IMG/VR virus record: IMGVR_UViG_3300029258_001308
Span: 12,806 to 76,805 of that record
Source: a virus
Length of the DNA: 64,000 nucleotides
Strand: one strand, 5' to 3'
Part shown: in pieces, positions 8,817 to 18,522 of the stretch
How positions within the stretch are numbered: the stretch's first letter is position 1
Layout of the letters: each line of letters starts with the position of its first letter
Program-made: the position numbers and the translations under genes
The notes under the pieces: model-generated
What the model was told of the DNA's origin: nothing
Database searches by the model: none
The model's input: the letters and a program-made list of their open reading frames with translations, nothing else

Positions 8817-10241
8817 ATGCGCTGTCACACTCGGCCTCGCGATCATCAACGTGATGCTCTTCGGTTCTGTAAGGGCCGGGACTTCGTCGGTCTTCTCATG
8901 GAGGTAGGAGCCGGGAAGACTTGGGTCGCAGAGAACTGGCTGGTCAACGACGACGACATGCTGCCCGCTCTGGTCCTCTGTCGGAAGGACGACATCTGGA
9001 CGTGGCTCGATCAGGTGAAGGAGCATGCGCCTAACACCCTGGGCAAACCGTTCGTAGCTACCCCACGAAGGCCGCGTCAGCGAGGGAAGCGCAACGTCCT
9101 GATGCGGCAGCAACTACGGGACAATCCTAACACCCCACTCTGGCTGGCCAATCACGATGCAGCCAAGACACACTACGCTCAGTTCGCTCGAGGCCCGTGG
9201 AAGACCCTCATCATAGACGAGTCGACGGATTGCATCAAGAAGCACAACACCGATCGCACCCGCAAGATCACCAACCTTGGCAAGCGAGTATCCAAGCGAA
9301 TGATCATGACGGGGACGCCCATCACCAACAAGCCGGACGACATCTTCTCGCAGCTGAGGTTCCTAAGCCCCACTCTGCTGGGCTCGAACTTCTACAAGTT
9401 CCGCGAGAGATTCTATTGGCCGGAGCCGTCGGGATACGCCTGGCATCTGCTGAAGCGCAACGAACACAAGCTCACGGAGATCATCAACTCCTGCTGCTTC
9501 CGAGTCCTGCTTGACGAGTGCAGCGATCTACCGAAGCCCATCTACAAGGTCATCCGAGTTCCACAGTCTCCCGAGCAGGCCCGGCTACTGAAGCAAGTTC
9601 GTCTCGAGTATCGCGCACAGTTCGAGGAGCAGGGTGTTCTCCAGACCATCGAGTTGAACTACTCGCTGTCGCAACTTCAGAAGGCGCTGCAGATAACCGG
9701 CGGCTTCATGTACGTTGATCGACAGCACTCGGTCCACGAGGTCAAGACCTACAAGCCAGACGCACTGGCCGCTCTGCTTCGATCAGAGCTAGCCCCGGTA
9801 CCGAAGATCGTGATCTGGTGTTCGTTCGTTCACGAGGTCAGGATCATCTCACGCCTGCTGGACGAGATGGGCATCAAGCACGTCAGACTCTGGAAGAAGA
9901 CGAAGGATAGATACAAGCCTCGTCGCCAATTCAGAGACGACCCGAGAGCTCGAATCTTCTTATCACAGGTGGGGTACGGTACGGGGATGAACGAACTCAT
10001 CTGTGCTAACACGGCCGTCTACTATTCCAACTCGCTGAAGCTGAAGGACAGGATTCAATCTCAGGGCCGGACCCGGAGGACCGGTTCGGAGATTCACAAG
10101 CACATCCTGTACTACGATCTATTGACCCAGGGGGGTTCGGACTTGACGTTGTATCGGCGGCTTCGACAGCATCACAACGTGGCGTCCCGAATCGTGGACC
10201 CCGCCTATGCGTCGGAGATCATTTTCGGTGTGGACATCTAG
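8817..10241 (+). CDS. SNF2-like SF2 helicase
   Basis: Q motif RDHQ, MEVGAGKT, IIDES, MTGTPITN, QSQGRTRRTG. Confidence 0.9.
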   Translation: MRCHTRPRDHQRDALRFCKGRDFVGLLMEVGAGKTWVAENWLVNDDDMLPALVLCRKDDIWTWLDQVKEHAPNTLGKPFVATPRRPRQRGKRNVLMRQQLRDNPNTPLWLANHDAAKTHYAQFARGPWKTLIIDESTDCIKKHNTDRTRKITNLGKRVSKRMIMTGTPITNKPDDIFSQLRFLSPTLLGSNFYKFRERFYWPEPSGYAWHLLKRNEHKLTEIINSCCFRVLLDECSDLPKPIYKVIRVPQSPEQARLLKQVRLEYRAQFEEQGVLQTIELNYSLSQLQKALQITGGFMYVDRQHSVHEVKTYKPDALAALLRSELAPVPKIVIWCSFVHEVRIISRLLDEMGIKHVRLWKKTKDRYKPRRQFRDDPRARIFLSQVGYGTGMNELICANTAVYYSNSLKLKDRIQSQGRTRRTGSEIHKHILYYDLLTQGGSDLTLYRRLRQHHNVASRIVDPAYASEIIFGVDI

Positions 10242-10259
10242 AGCACAGAGGCATATAAT
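10231..10259 (+). promoter_or_regulatory. Promoter TGGACA-N17-TATAAT
   Basis: Exact consensus upstream of the replication cluster. Confidence 0.6.
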
Positions 10260-11141
10260 ATGGCCAGTCGTCGCGGTCTCAGGTTCACCATTTCAGACCC
10301 TGCAACCGGACAGGAATTCGAAGTTGTCGACAAGTATGTGGGAGCCGAGCTTCTTGGGTTCAGTGTCAACTACTTTCTTCACACGGTCGCTCGAGCCCTG
10401 CCAGCCTACGAGGTTCAGGGTCAGCGGAGGAACTTCTGGAAGCTCGAGGCCATCAAGACTTGGAAAGCTGCTCGAGACTCATGGAAGAAACTGAGATGCG
10501 AGATATGCAAAAGAGAAGAACGCGGCGAGAGCCGAGACTTGTACTACTCGTATCAGCGGCGATCGGACAACTCGTGGTACTCGCTCTGCAAGAAGTGCCA
10601 CAAGAGATTCGTCCGACTGTGCACACCCTGGGGCCATCACGAGCTGCCAGGAGAAACGATCGAGGAGAAGCAGACCTGGGGATGGATGCTGCTGGCCCAC
10701 TCGATGTCAATGCTCCGTCGCAATCTCGACTTGCTGGAGAGCGGCGAGTGGAAGATGAACTGGAAGAAGAAGCGAGTCCTCATCGTCGAAGAAGACAAGC
10801 TGCTGCGAGAACTATTGGAAGAGACACTGCGGAGAGAAGGCTGCGTCGTCAACACCAAGGCGTCGTTGACCGCGGGCATCAAGAGGTGGCGACACTACAA
10901 ATGGGATGGGCTCTACACTTCGTATCAACTCGGCAACCGCACAGCCAAGAAGTTGATTCGTCGGGCCCGAAAAGACGGGAGTCTTCCGATCATCACCTCG
11001 TTGTCAGAGCCGCTTCAGAACGGAGACGTCGAAGAGTTGATCGACCTGGAGGTGAAGGGGATAGACAAGCCCTTCTCATTCGACCAGGTTATTCGGTACT
11101 TCAGGAAAGCATGGCGAGAAGAAGAAGTTAGGAGGCCGTGA
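10260..11141 (+). CDS. Protein with CxxC pairs and a C-terminal pseudo-receiver (REC-like) domain
   Basis: RVLIVEEDxxLRELL...DGLYTSYQL...LPIITSLS...IDKPFS. Confidence 0.6.
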   Translation: MASRRGLRFTISDPATGQEFEVVDKYVGAELLGFSVNYFLHTVARALPAYEVQGQRRNFWKLEAIKTWKAARDSWKKLRCEICKREERGESRDLYYSYQRRSDNSWYSLCKKCHKRFVRLCTPWGHHELPGETIEEKQTWGWMLLAHSMSMLRRNLDLLESGEWKMNWKKKRVLIVEEDKLLRELLEETLRREGCVVNTKASLTAGIKRWRHYKWDGLYTSYQLGNRTAKKLIRRARKDGSLPIITSLSEPLQNGDVEELIDLEVKGIDKPFSFDQVIRYFRKAWREEEVRRP

Positions 11142-11347
11142 TGTCCCGGGAGCGAGGATTCCTTTCCATCTACTTCAAGGACGAGGGTGTCCTGAAGGAT
11201 CTGGACCAGGTCATGAAGGAGAGGCTGCCCGGCCAGTCTGTCAGTTCATTCGTCTGCGGGGTTATGGGTCAGGTGCTTGATCAGATCAAGAGCGCGCCTG
11301 CCAAACGAAAGACGCTCAAGGCTACGGTCCTGATCAAACTGGACTGA
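11138..11347 (+). CDS. Ribbon-helix-helix-like small regulator
   Basis: LSIYF strand plus two helices (SVSSFV). Confidence 0.5.
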   Translation: MMSRERGFLSIYFKDEGVLKDLDQVMKERLPGQSVSSFVCGVMGQVLDQIKSAPAKRKTLKATVLIKLD

Positions 11348-11357
11348 AGGAGGAGAG

Positions 11358-12419
11358 ATGGCCAAGCTCAAGGTCAAGAAGCGGAAGAAGAGGGGCAAGA
11401 AGCGGGCGGGTAAGACCAAGCTCATCAGGCTGCCGGAGATCAAGATACCGGATGAGTTCACCCTCTCGCACTCCTCGAAGAAGTGCTTGGGAGGATGCCG
11501 CAGGAAGTTCCTTCTGCGCTACCTGATGAGGCTTCGCCCGACTCGGGTACAGATTCCGCTCTATATCGGCAGCATCTTCCACGACTGGATAGTCAAGTTC
11601 TACCGAGGCATCGACTACGAGAAGCCGCTCCGGAAGTTCATGAAGGCTGAGGAGAAGAAGGCGTTGGCACAACCTGGTCTCTCGCCTGAGGGCGAGGAGA
11701 AGCTGGTCGTCGGGCTCGCCAACATGGAGGCCATCCTTCTCAACTACCGCGAATACTACGCCAAGGACCTCAAGCATTACAAGGTCATAGGAGGCGAGGA
11801 GGACTTGCAGTTCGAGTTCCCGCTGACCGACCGTGTCAAGATGGGAGGCAAGCCGGACCTCCTTGTCGAGTCCAGAAAGAAGAAGGAGAAGGGCCGCAAG
11901 ATTCTCTGGGAGCACAAGACCTCGAGCAAGCTGGACAAGAACTACATCGCTCGACTCCCGCTGGATTCACAGGTCACTACCTACTGCGTGGGCTGTGAAC
12001 ACTCGGTAGGAATCTCGCCGACCGACGTGATGTACAACGTGGCAAAGAAGACCAAGCTTCGCCGCAGAAAGAAAGAGACCTTCCACGGTTTCGTCAAGCG
12101 GGTGATGGAGGACTACGCGCTCCGACCTGAGTTCTACTACTATCGGGAGCCACTCATCCGCGACCTCTCGAGTCAGGCCGAGTTGATGGCCGAGCTGCGG
12201 GTCATTGCAGCCCAGCTCGAGAGAGACTTCGAACTGAAAGGACAGGAATTGATCCTCGCGTTCTGGAAGAACGACGGGGCCTGTGCTACCTGGTCGGGTT
12301 GCGAATACCTGCCGATCTGTCTGAGAGGCGGGCTCTTCCCGGATATGAAGAGGGACTTCCATGTATCCAAGCATCGCAACCCCGAACTGGCCGGAGACGA
12401 AGAGGGCGAGGACGACTGA
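11358..12419 (+). CDS. PD-(D/E)XK Cas4/RecB-like exonuclease
   Basis: LSHSS..C.RKF, GSIFH, GKPDLL...WEHKT, QVTTY, C-terminal C..C.Y..IC. Confidence 0.85.
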   Translation: MAKLKVKKRKKRGKKRAGKTKLIRLPEIKIPDEFTLSHSSKKCLGGCRRKFLLRYLMRLRPTRVQIPLYIGSIFHDWIVKFYRGIDYEKPLRKFMKAEEKKALAQPGLSPEGEEKLVVGLANMEAILLNYREYYAKDLKHYKVIGGEEDLQFEFPLTDRVKMGGKPDLLVESRKKKEKGRKILWEHKTSSKLDKNYIARLPLDSQVTTYCVGCEHSVGISPTDVMYNVAKKTKLRRRKKETFHGFVKRVMEDYALRPEFYYYREPLIRDLSSQAELMAELRVIAAQLERDFELKGQELILAFWKNDGACATWSGCEYLPICLRGGLFPDMKRDFHVSKHRNPELAGDEEGEDD

Positions 12420-12450
12420 TCCCGCTCCCTAACGATTGGAGGTGAGGAGC

Positions 12451-13242
12451 ATGTCTGTGGAGCATCTGCCGAAGAAGAAGAGGAAGGTTAGCTTCAACCT
12501 GTCGGACCATATCATCCTCGTCTATGGTCCGCCGGGGGTGGGCAAGACAACGTGGGCGTCGAGATTCCCCGACGCTTTGTTCCTGGCGACTGAGGACGGG
12601 CAGCGCGCGGTCGAGTGCTACCATGTCGAGGTCAACGACTGGAAGGACTTTGTCGCCGCGACTAAGCTGATAAGAGGAAAGGAGGGCAAGCGGTTCCGCA
12701 CCATCATCATCGACATCGTGGACAACCTCTACAAGTTTGCTCAGGACGCGGCCTGTGCAAAGCTTGGCATCGAGCACCCGGCTGACGAGGACTGGGGCAA
12801 GGGCTGGGAGGCAACGCGCGATCTGTTCAAGAAGGGAATCTCCGCGCTCACCTCGACAGGCAAGGGCCTGATACTGATCTCGCACTCGATGGAACGCGAG
12901 GTCAAGACCCGCGCACTCTCGATCACCAAGACCATGCCGTCCTTCTCGCGAGGAGCGGCCAAGGTCATCGAGCCCATGGCCGGCATCATCGTCTATGCCG
13001 GGTTCAAGTGGGTGAAGAACAAGAAGACGGACGAGAAGGAGGAGAAGCGTTACGCGATCGTCAAGCCACAGGAATCGCTAGAGGCCAAGGACAGAACGGG
13101 CCGGCTGCCCACTGCCCTGCCTCTGGACGGAGATCTCTTTCAGGAAGTGTTCGAGAAAGGAGGTACCGGGAAGAAAAAGAAAGGCTCGAAGTCGCGAGCC
13201 AAGAAGAAGAAGAAGAGTGGCGGTCTGCGTATTGGCCGCTAG
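12451..13242 (+). CDS. Sak4-like AAA ATPase (ssDNA annealing)
   Basis: YGPPGVGKTT, IIIDIVD, LISH, AKDRTG; lies between exonuclease and SSB. Confidence 0.85.
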   Translation: MSVEHLPKKKRKVSFNLSDHIILVYGPPGVGKTTWASRFPDALFLATEDGQRAVECYHVEVNDWKDFVAATKLIRGKEGKRFRTIIIDIVDNLYKFAQDAACAKLGIEHPADEDWGKGWEATRDLFKKGISALTSTGKGLILISHSMEREVKTRALSITKTMPSFSRGAAKVIEPMAGIIVYAGFKWVKNKKTDEKEEKRYAIVKPQESLEAKDRTGRLPTALPLDGDLFQEVFEKGGTGKKKKGSKSRAKKKKKSGGLRIGR

Positions 13243-13275
13243 GGTTCGAGGTCAACTGGGAAGGAGTTAGTAGCA

Positions 13276-14310
13276 ATGGCTAAGAAGAAAGCCAAGAAGA
13301 AGGGCAGCAAGAAGTCGGCCAAGAAGAGCAGCAAGAAGGCGCCGACTTCCAAGAAAAAGAAGAAGGGCAAGAAGAAGGGCAGCAAGAAGTCGAGCGGCGG
13401 GGACATCGAGGACGAACTCGCCGAACTCGAGGACCAGTGGGACGATGCCGAGGAGATGGAGTTCGGCGACGTCCCCGACGGGCGCTACCAGGCCTCGGTT
13501 ACCGGGGTCGAGGTCGCGCACTCCAAGTCGTCCGGCCGTCTCCAGATCAACGTCGAGTTCACCATTCTCTCTGGCGAGTTCCGCAACCGGAAGCTCTTCG
13601 AGCACTGGGGACTCGACACTCCGGAGGGCATCTCCTGGGCCAAGACGTATCTCGCCAGGATGGGCCTGACGTGCTCGATGAAGGAGCTGGCCGACAAGCT
13701 CGAGGAGCTGAAGGGTACGGCTGTCGAGGTCAACGTCAAGACCAAGGGCGATTTCCAGAACGTCCGTCCCACCAAGGAGATCGAGGCGCCCGAGGAAGGT
13801 GCCGCGGCTCCGGACGTCTCTGACTTCGATCCGGATGACGGGGACGACGACGGAGACGAGGACGGAGACGAGGACGTCGAGCTCAAGAAGGGCATGATGG
13901 TCAAGTTCGACGACGACGGTGAGGAAGTCGTCGGCAAGATCACCAAGCTCAACGAGAAGGACGAGACGGTCAACATCGAGACGGACGACGCGAAGTACAA
14001 GGACGTCGATGTCTCCGAGCTCTCGCTCGCCGAGGATGAGGATGGCGACGAGGACGGGGACGACGACGATGACGGAGACGGCGACGACGACGGAGATGAC
14101 GACGACGGCGACGATGACAGCGACGGAGATGACGACGACGATGACGCCGGCTTCGAGAAGGGTGACGAGGTCACCTGGGGCAAGGGCAAGAAGAAGAAGA
14201 CCGGCAAGATCGTGTCAGTCGACGAGGAGGAAGAGGAAGCCGTCGTCAAGGTGGGTAAGAAGAAGCACACGGTTTCCTTCGACAAGCTCGACTACGTCGA
14301 GGAAGACTAG
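13276..14310 (+). CDS. DUF669-type ssDNA-binding protein with Lys-rich N-terminus, acidic tracts and two SH3/Tudor-like repeats
   Basis: VPDGRYQASVTGVE..SKSSG..QINVEFTI..GEFRNRKLF; KKGMMVKF..GKITK and EKGDEVTW..GKIVS repeats. Confidence 0.8.
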   Translation: MAKKKAKKKGSKKSAKKSSKKAPTSKKKKKGKKKGSKKSSGGDIEDELAELEDQWDDAEEMEFGDVPDGRYQASVTGVEVAHSKSSGRLQINVEFTILSGEFRNRKLFEHWGLDTPEGISWAKTYLARMGLTCSMKELADKLEELKGTAVEVNVKTKGDFQNVRPTKEIEAPEEGAAAPDVSDFDPDDGDDDGDEDGDEDVELKKGMMVKFDDDGEEVVGKITKLNEKDETVNIETDDAKYKDVDVSELSLAEDEDGDEDGDDDDDGDGDDDGDDDDGDDDSDGDDDDDDAGFEKGDEVTWGKGKKKKTGKIVSVDEEEEEAVVKVGKKKHTVSFDKLDYVEED

Positions 14311-14323
14311 CAGCCAGACCATC

Positions 14324-14362
14324 GTGAAGGCGGGGAGCTCATCCCTCCCCGCCTTCACTTCT
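14324..14362 (+). terminator. Strong hairpin, probable terminator
   Basis: GTGAAGGCGGGGAG / CTCCCCGCCTTCAC 14-bp stem followed by TTCT. Confidence 0.7.
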
Positions 14363-14369
14363 ATATAGA

Positions 14370-17300
14370 TTGGGCTACGACGTGGAACGTATTCCCGAAC
14401 TCAAAGAGCTGCTTATCAAGCGGATCGACTTCGAGCAGTTCTTGCTTGACACTCTCGAGCTCGATGAACTGAAGTGGTCGCACGACGAAGTCCAGCTCTA
14501 CTGCCCATTCCACAACCCAAGGTGGCGGGAGAAGAAGGGTAAGTCCCCAAGTCTGGGCATCAACCGGTCGGGAAAGTTCAACTGCTTCTCAGCAGCCTGT
14601 GGCGCTAGAGGCTCGAACGCCGTCAACTTCTACGAGCAGTACCACGACGTCGAGTACGAGGAAGCTCTGCGCGATCTCTACGACAAGTACGTTCATCCGC
14701 TGGTCCCTGACGAAGAGGTGGCCGAGAATCACCGCGTTCTCTTGGACACCCCGTCCGTTCTGCATTACATCCACGGCAGGGGAATCTCGACGGAGACCTT
14801 GAAGCGATTCCAGATTGGATGGGACGGACTTCGTATCACCTTCCCAATCCGCAATCGCTTCGGCCTCTGCGAGAATCTTCGCAGATACAACCCGTCTCGG
14901 AAGGCCGAGAGGAAGATACTATCGTACGGTGAAGGGTATGGCGGCCTCAAGCTCTACCCCATCAACGTCCTGCTTGACCCGAGGAACAAGGACATCATTC
15001 TGTGCGAGGGCGAATGGGACGCGCTGCTCTCGATACAGAAAGGATTCAACGCCGTCACGATAACCGGCGGAGCCGGGAGCTGGGCGGACTATCTGACGCC
15101 TCCCTTTGACGACAAGAACGTGGCCATAGTCTACGACGTAAACGATGCAGATGAGGCCGGTCAGATCGGTGCGATGAAGGTGGCCGACTACCTGAAGGGT
15201 ACCGCTTCCTCGATCAGAGTGGTCGAGCTCCCACTCTCAAAGAGGGGCGGAGACCTGACCGACTTCTTCAAGGATCGAGAGAACAAGCCGAAGGACCTGC
15301 GTGACCTGGTCCGAGCAACTGACCCCATCCGCAGCAAGAGGACCAAGACCAAGAAGAAGAAGGAAGAGACGGGTGAGTTCAAGGGGGCTGCTCCGTTCAG
15401 CTTCAACGCAAAGGAAGCCAAGCTAGTCTCGTTGGCCGAGGCTTCTGGGTCCAAGTACTACTTCACCCCCATCTGCATGGATTGCCTCATCTCCGGCAAG
15501 AACCTGTCTCCGTATCTACTACCGCTAGAAGTAGAGGTATCCTGCGAGGGCGGAAAGAAGTCGTGCAACACTTGCCCTCACGGTCTGAACGGCGGGACCC
15601 GGATGTTCAAGGTACCGCTGAAGTCCAAGGAGACGCTTCAGTTAGTCGGCTCTACAGAACGATCGATCCGCAAAGTACTGGCCGACATGTTTGATCTTCC
15701 GGCCGGATGCAAGTACCGCTTCGAGGTCAAGTCCACCTTCAACATCGAAGAGCTCAGGCTGATACCAGCCGTTGACTTCTCGGACGAGACGGGATCGTAC
15801 GTGGTGCGCCGAGGATTCTTCGTAGGGCACGGCATCGAATCGAACTCTACTTATCGCCTCTACGGTTACACAGTGCCTGATCCTCGGACGCAGCACGCGG
15901 TCCACGTTCTTCTCAAGGCTCACCCGGTTCAGGACTCGTTGGATAACTTCAAGCTGACGAAGAGAGAGGCCAAACGAATCGCCAGGATGCTTCGACCCGA
16001 CGACGACGAATCCGTCCGCGAGAAGATGGACGACATAGTAGAATGGGAGGCAGAGCACGTCACGTCGATCAAGCAACGGCCTGATCTGCACATGGGCGTG
16101 GACCTGGTCTTCCACTCCCCGCTTCAGTTCTACTTCAACAAGGAGTTCGTCCAGAAGGGTTGGCTCGAACTCTTAGTACTGGGTGACACCAGGTGCGGGA
16201 AGGGCTATGTGGCTGAGGGCATGGTCAAGTTCTATCGTCTAGGCGAGGTAGCTTCGGGCGAGAACTGTTCGTTCTCGGGGCTGGTCGGTGGTCTCCAGCA
16301 GAGCGATAAGTACTGGATGATCACGTGGGGAAAGATACCGCTCAACGATCGACGCCTTGTCGTACTAGACGAGGTCAACGCTATCGCTCAGGAAGACATC
16401 GGTCGCATGTCTCGAGTGAGGTCTGAGGGCATAGCCGAGATCGTGAAGATTCAGAGCGAGAGAACTAGAGCACGGACTCGTCTGATCTGGCTAGCCAATC
16501 CTCGATCGGGCCGCACGCTCTCCACTTACAACTCGGGAGTGGAGGCGGTTCGTGAACTGATCGGGGCGTCCGAGGATATCTCTCGATTCGACTTCGCTCT
16601 CACCGTGGCTTCGTCTGAGGTTCCGTCCGACGTCATCAACGCGCTTCGCACCAAGAACAAGACGGCCGAAGACAAGTACGACCAGGAGCTGATGCAGAAG
16701 CTGGTGCTCTGGATATGGAGTCGGAAGTCGAGGCAGGTCAGATTCACTAAGGCTGCTACTCGCCGAATCCTCAAGCTGGCCATCCGATTAGGCAAGCGCT
16801 ACAGCCCCAGCATCCCGCTGGTCCAGGGAGAGAACGCTCGCATCAAGCTGGCCAAGCTTTCTGCTGCCGTTGCATCAAGGCTCTTCTCCACTGACGACGA
16901 GTACAACAGTATCGTGGTACGGAAGGAACACGTGAACTTCGTCGAGGAGTTCATGCACGAGATATATGCCAAGGGCTCCATGGCCTACGACGTCTATTCG
17001 AAGGTGGACACAGCGAGAGAGACCTTGGACGACCCGCAGGCTCTGCGAGATGTGATCGATACACTCGGAGCTCAGGTGGCTACGTTCGTGGAGGGAATGC
17101 TCGAGCACAGGAGGATCACGATCGATGGTCTGTCCGACTACATCGGTCGAGATAGATACGCCGCCAAGGAACTGGTCGGGCAGCTTGTCAGAATGAAGTG
17201 CGTCTCCAAGGACAACACCTTCTATGTCAAGCGGCCTGCCTTCATCCAGTTCCTTCGGACGCTGCGGGATGAACTGAAGAGAAAGGAGCGGAGGAGATGA
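14370..17300 (+). CDS. Primase (CHC2 Zn finger + TOPRIM) fused to an MCM-type AAA+ helicase
   Basis: CPFH...FNCFSAAC; LCEGEWD, YDVND; GDTRCGKG, GLVGG, VVLDE, LANP, SRFD. Confidence 0.85.
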   Translation: MGYDVERIPELKELLIKRIDFEQFLLDTLELDELKWSHDEVQLYCPFHNPRWREKKGKSPSLGINRSGKFNCFSAACGARGSNAVNFYEQYHDVEYEEALRDLYDKYVHPLVPDEEVAENHRVLLDTPSVLHYIHGRGISTETLKRFQIGWDGLRITFPIRNRFGLCENLRRYNPSRKAERKILSYGEGYGGLKLYPINVLLDPRNKDIILCEGEWDALLSIQKGFNAVTITGGAGSWADYLTPPFDDKNVAIVYDVNDADEAGQIGAMKVADYLKGTASSIRVVELPLSKRGGDLTDFFKDRENKPKDLRDLVRATDPIRSKRTKTKKKKEETGEFKGAAPFSFNAKEAKLVSLAEASGSKYYFTPICMDCLISGKNLSPYLLPLEVEVSCEGGKKSCNTCPHGLNGGTRMFKVPLKSKETLQLVGSTERSIRKVLADMFDLPAGCKYRFEVKSTFNIEELRLIPAVDFSDETGSYVVRRGFFVGHGIESNSTYRLYGYTVPDPRTQHAVHVLLKAHPVQDSLDNFKLTKREAKRIARMLRPDDDESVREKMDDIVEWEAEHVTSIKQRPDLHMGVDLVFHSPLQFYFNKEFVQKGWLELLVLGDTRCGKGYVAEGMVKFYRLGEVASGENCSFSGLVGGLQQSDKYWMITWGKIPLNDRRLVVLDEVNAIAQEDIGRMSRVRSEGIAEIVKIQSERTRARTRLIWLANPRSGRTLSTYNSGVEAVRELIGASEDISRFDFALTVASSEVPSDVINALRTKNKTAEDKYDQELMQKLVLWIWSRKSRQVRFTKAATRRILKLAIRLGKRYSPSIPLVQGENARIKLAKLSAAVASRLFSTDDEYNSIVVRKEHVNFVEEFMHEIYAKGSMAYDVYSKVDTARETLDDPQALRDVIDTLGAQVATFVEGMLEHRRITIDGLSDYIGRDRYAAKELVGQLVRMKCVSKDNTFYVKRPAFIQFLRTLRDELKRKERRR

Positions 17301-17860
17301 CGCACAACGAGCTGCTTGACGAGAAGTACAAGATGATCATAGCCGACGAGGCCTGGGAGAAGGGCGGTCGTCCCATGGGCTTCCCGACCGGGTCGGTCTC
17401 GACCGACAAGGTCATCGACTTCCTGCATGAGCTGATGGAGTCCCTGAGGCAGGTGGCCGAGATGGAAGTGCAGCGACCCAAGCCACGTGACGAGATCATC
17501 CAGCCGCTGATCACAGAGCAAGCTCTTAGGATAGCCATCAGCGCAATCAATGGCTGGGACATCTATCTGGCCGTGATCTCTCTCCGCTTTCAGTGGAGTC
17601 CCGAGGGGCTCCTCAAGGAGGTCATCAACAAGCTCAAGCAGAAGCACGAGGACTACGGCAACGCCTCGCTCATCCGCTACGGGGTCTTTGGATTCCTGGT
17701 CAAGATACATCAGAAGATCGACAGGCTGCAGAACCTGATCGGGTCCAAGGGTCCGGTCGACTACAGAGAGACGCAGAACGAGCCGGTTGAGGATACCTGG
17801 CTCGACATCGCTGGCTATGGTATTCTCCTGCTCATGTACGGGCGGGGAGAACTAGACTAG
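17297..17860 (+). CDS. DUF1599 / nucleotide-modification-associated domain 1 (MazG-like)
   Basis: KHEDYG...KIDRLQNL...EPVEDTWLDIAGYGIL. Confidence 0.75.
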   Translation: MTHNELLDEKYKMIIADEAWEKGGRPMGFPTGSVSTDKVIDFLHELMESLRQVAEMEVQRPKPRDEIIQPLITEQALRIAISAINGWDIYLAVISLRFQWSPEGLLKEVINKLKQKHEDYGNASLIRYGVFGFLVKIHQKIDRLQNLIGSKGPVDYRETQNEPVEDTWLDIAGYGILLLMYGRGELD

Positions 17861-17874
17861 GAAGGAGCAGGAGG

Positions 17875-18522
17875 ATGAACATCCACGACGTGACGGACGT
17901 GGAGATACCCACGGACGAGTGCTGGCTTGCCAAGATGTTCGAGCGGCAGAAAGAACTGATGGACAAGTACCACCACATCGAGCGAGATAGCGGGCTTCTT
18001 CAGACCGAGCAGGAGCCGCCGCTCGACCATCACTGCAAGTTCGCACAGGCTCGGTTCAAGGACTTCTCGTGGCGTGTGACCGAGGAACTCGCCGAAGCCA
18101 TGGAGGCGAAGGACGACGAAGTCCACATGGTCGAGGAGATTATCGACGGTCTCCACTTCCTGCTCGAGCTGACCATCCTCGTCGGGGTCACCCACGAAGA
18201 ACTTGTTGTGGAGGAGGTAGTGAACGGGCCTAGCTCCCGGTTGCAGAACCTTCTCGACTATCACGACCAGGCCGACTCCATCGAGGGTCAGTGCTGGCGA
18301 GTTGTCTACGAACTCGGCCTCGCCGCCAACTGTCTGAAGAACAAGCCCTGGAAGCAGGCTCACATGATGACTGACTCCAACAAGTTCAAGGCCCAGATCA
18401 TCAAGGCCTGGAGCGAGTTCGGAGCTCTGCTAAGAACGGCGAAACTCTCGGCCGAGGAGGTCTTCGTCTTCTACTTCAAGAAGAGCGAGGTGAACAAGTT
18501 CCGCCAGAGGAGCAAGTACTAA
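17875..18522 (+). CDS. Dimeric all-alpha dUTPase/dCTP pyrophosphatase
   Basis: EELAEA, EEIIDGLHF, KNKPWK, KSEVNKFRQRSKY. Confidence 0.85.
   Translation: MNIHDVTDVEIPTDECWLAKMFERQKELMDKYHHIERDSGLLQTEQEPPLDHHCKFAQARFKDFSWRVTEELAEAMEAKDDEVHMVEEIIDGLHFLLELTILVGVTHEELVVEEVVNGPSSRLQNLLDYHDQADSIEGQCWRVVYELGLAANCLKNKPWKQAHMMTDSNKFKAQIIKAWSEFGALLRTAKLSAEEVFVFYFKKSEVNKFRQRSKY

Noticed and set aside
11358-12419. Cas4-like gene as evidence of CRISPR-Cas
   Set aside because: It sits in the usual exonuclease-Sak4-SSB recombination module.
13485-14285. 266-aa Ser-rich ORF on the minus strand
   Set aside because: Antisense shadow of the Asp/Glu-rich SSB codons.
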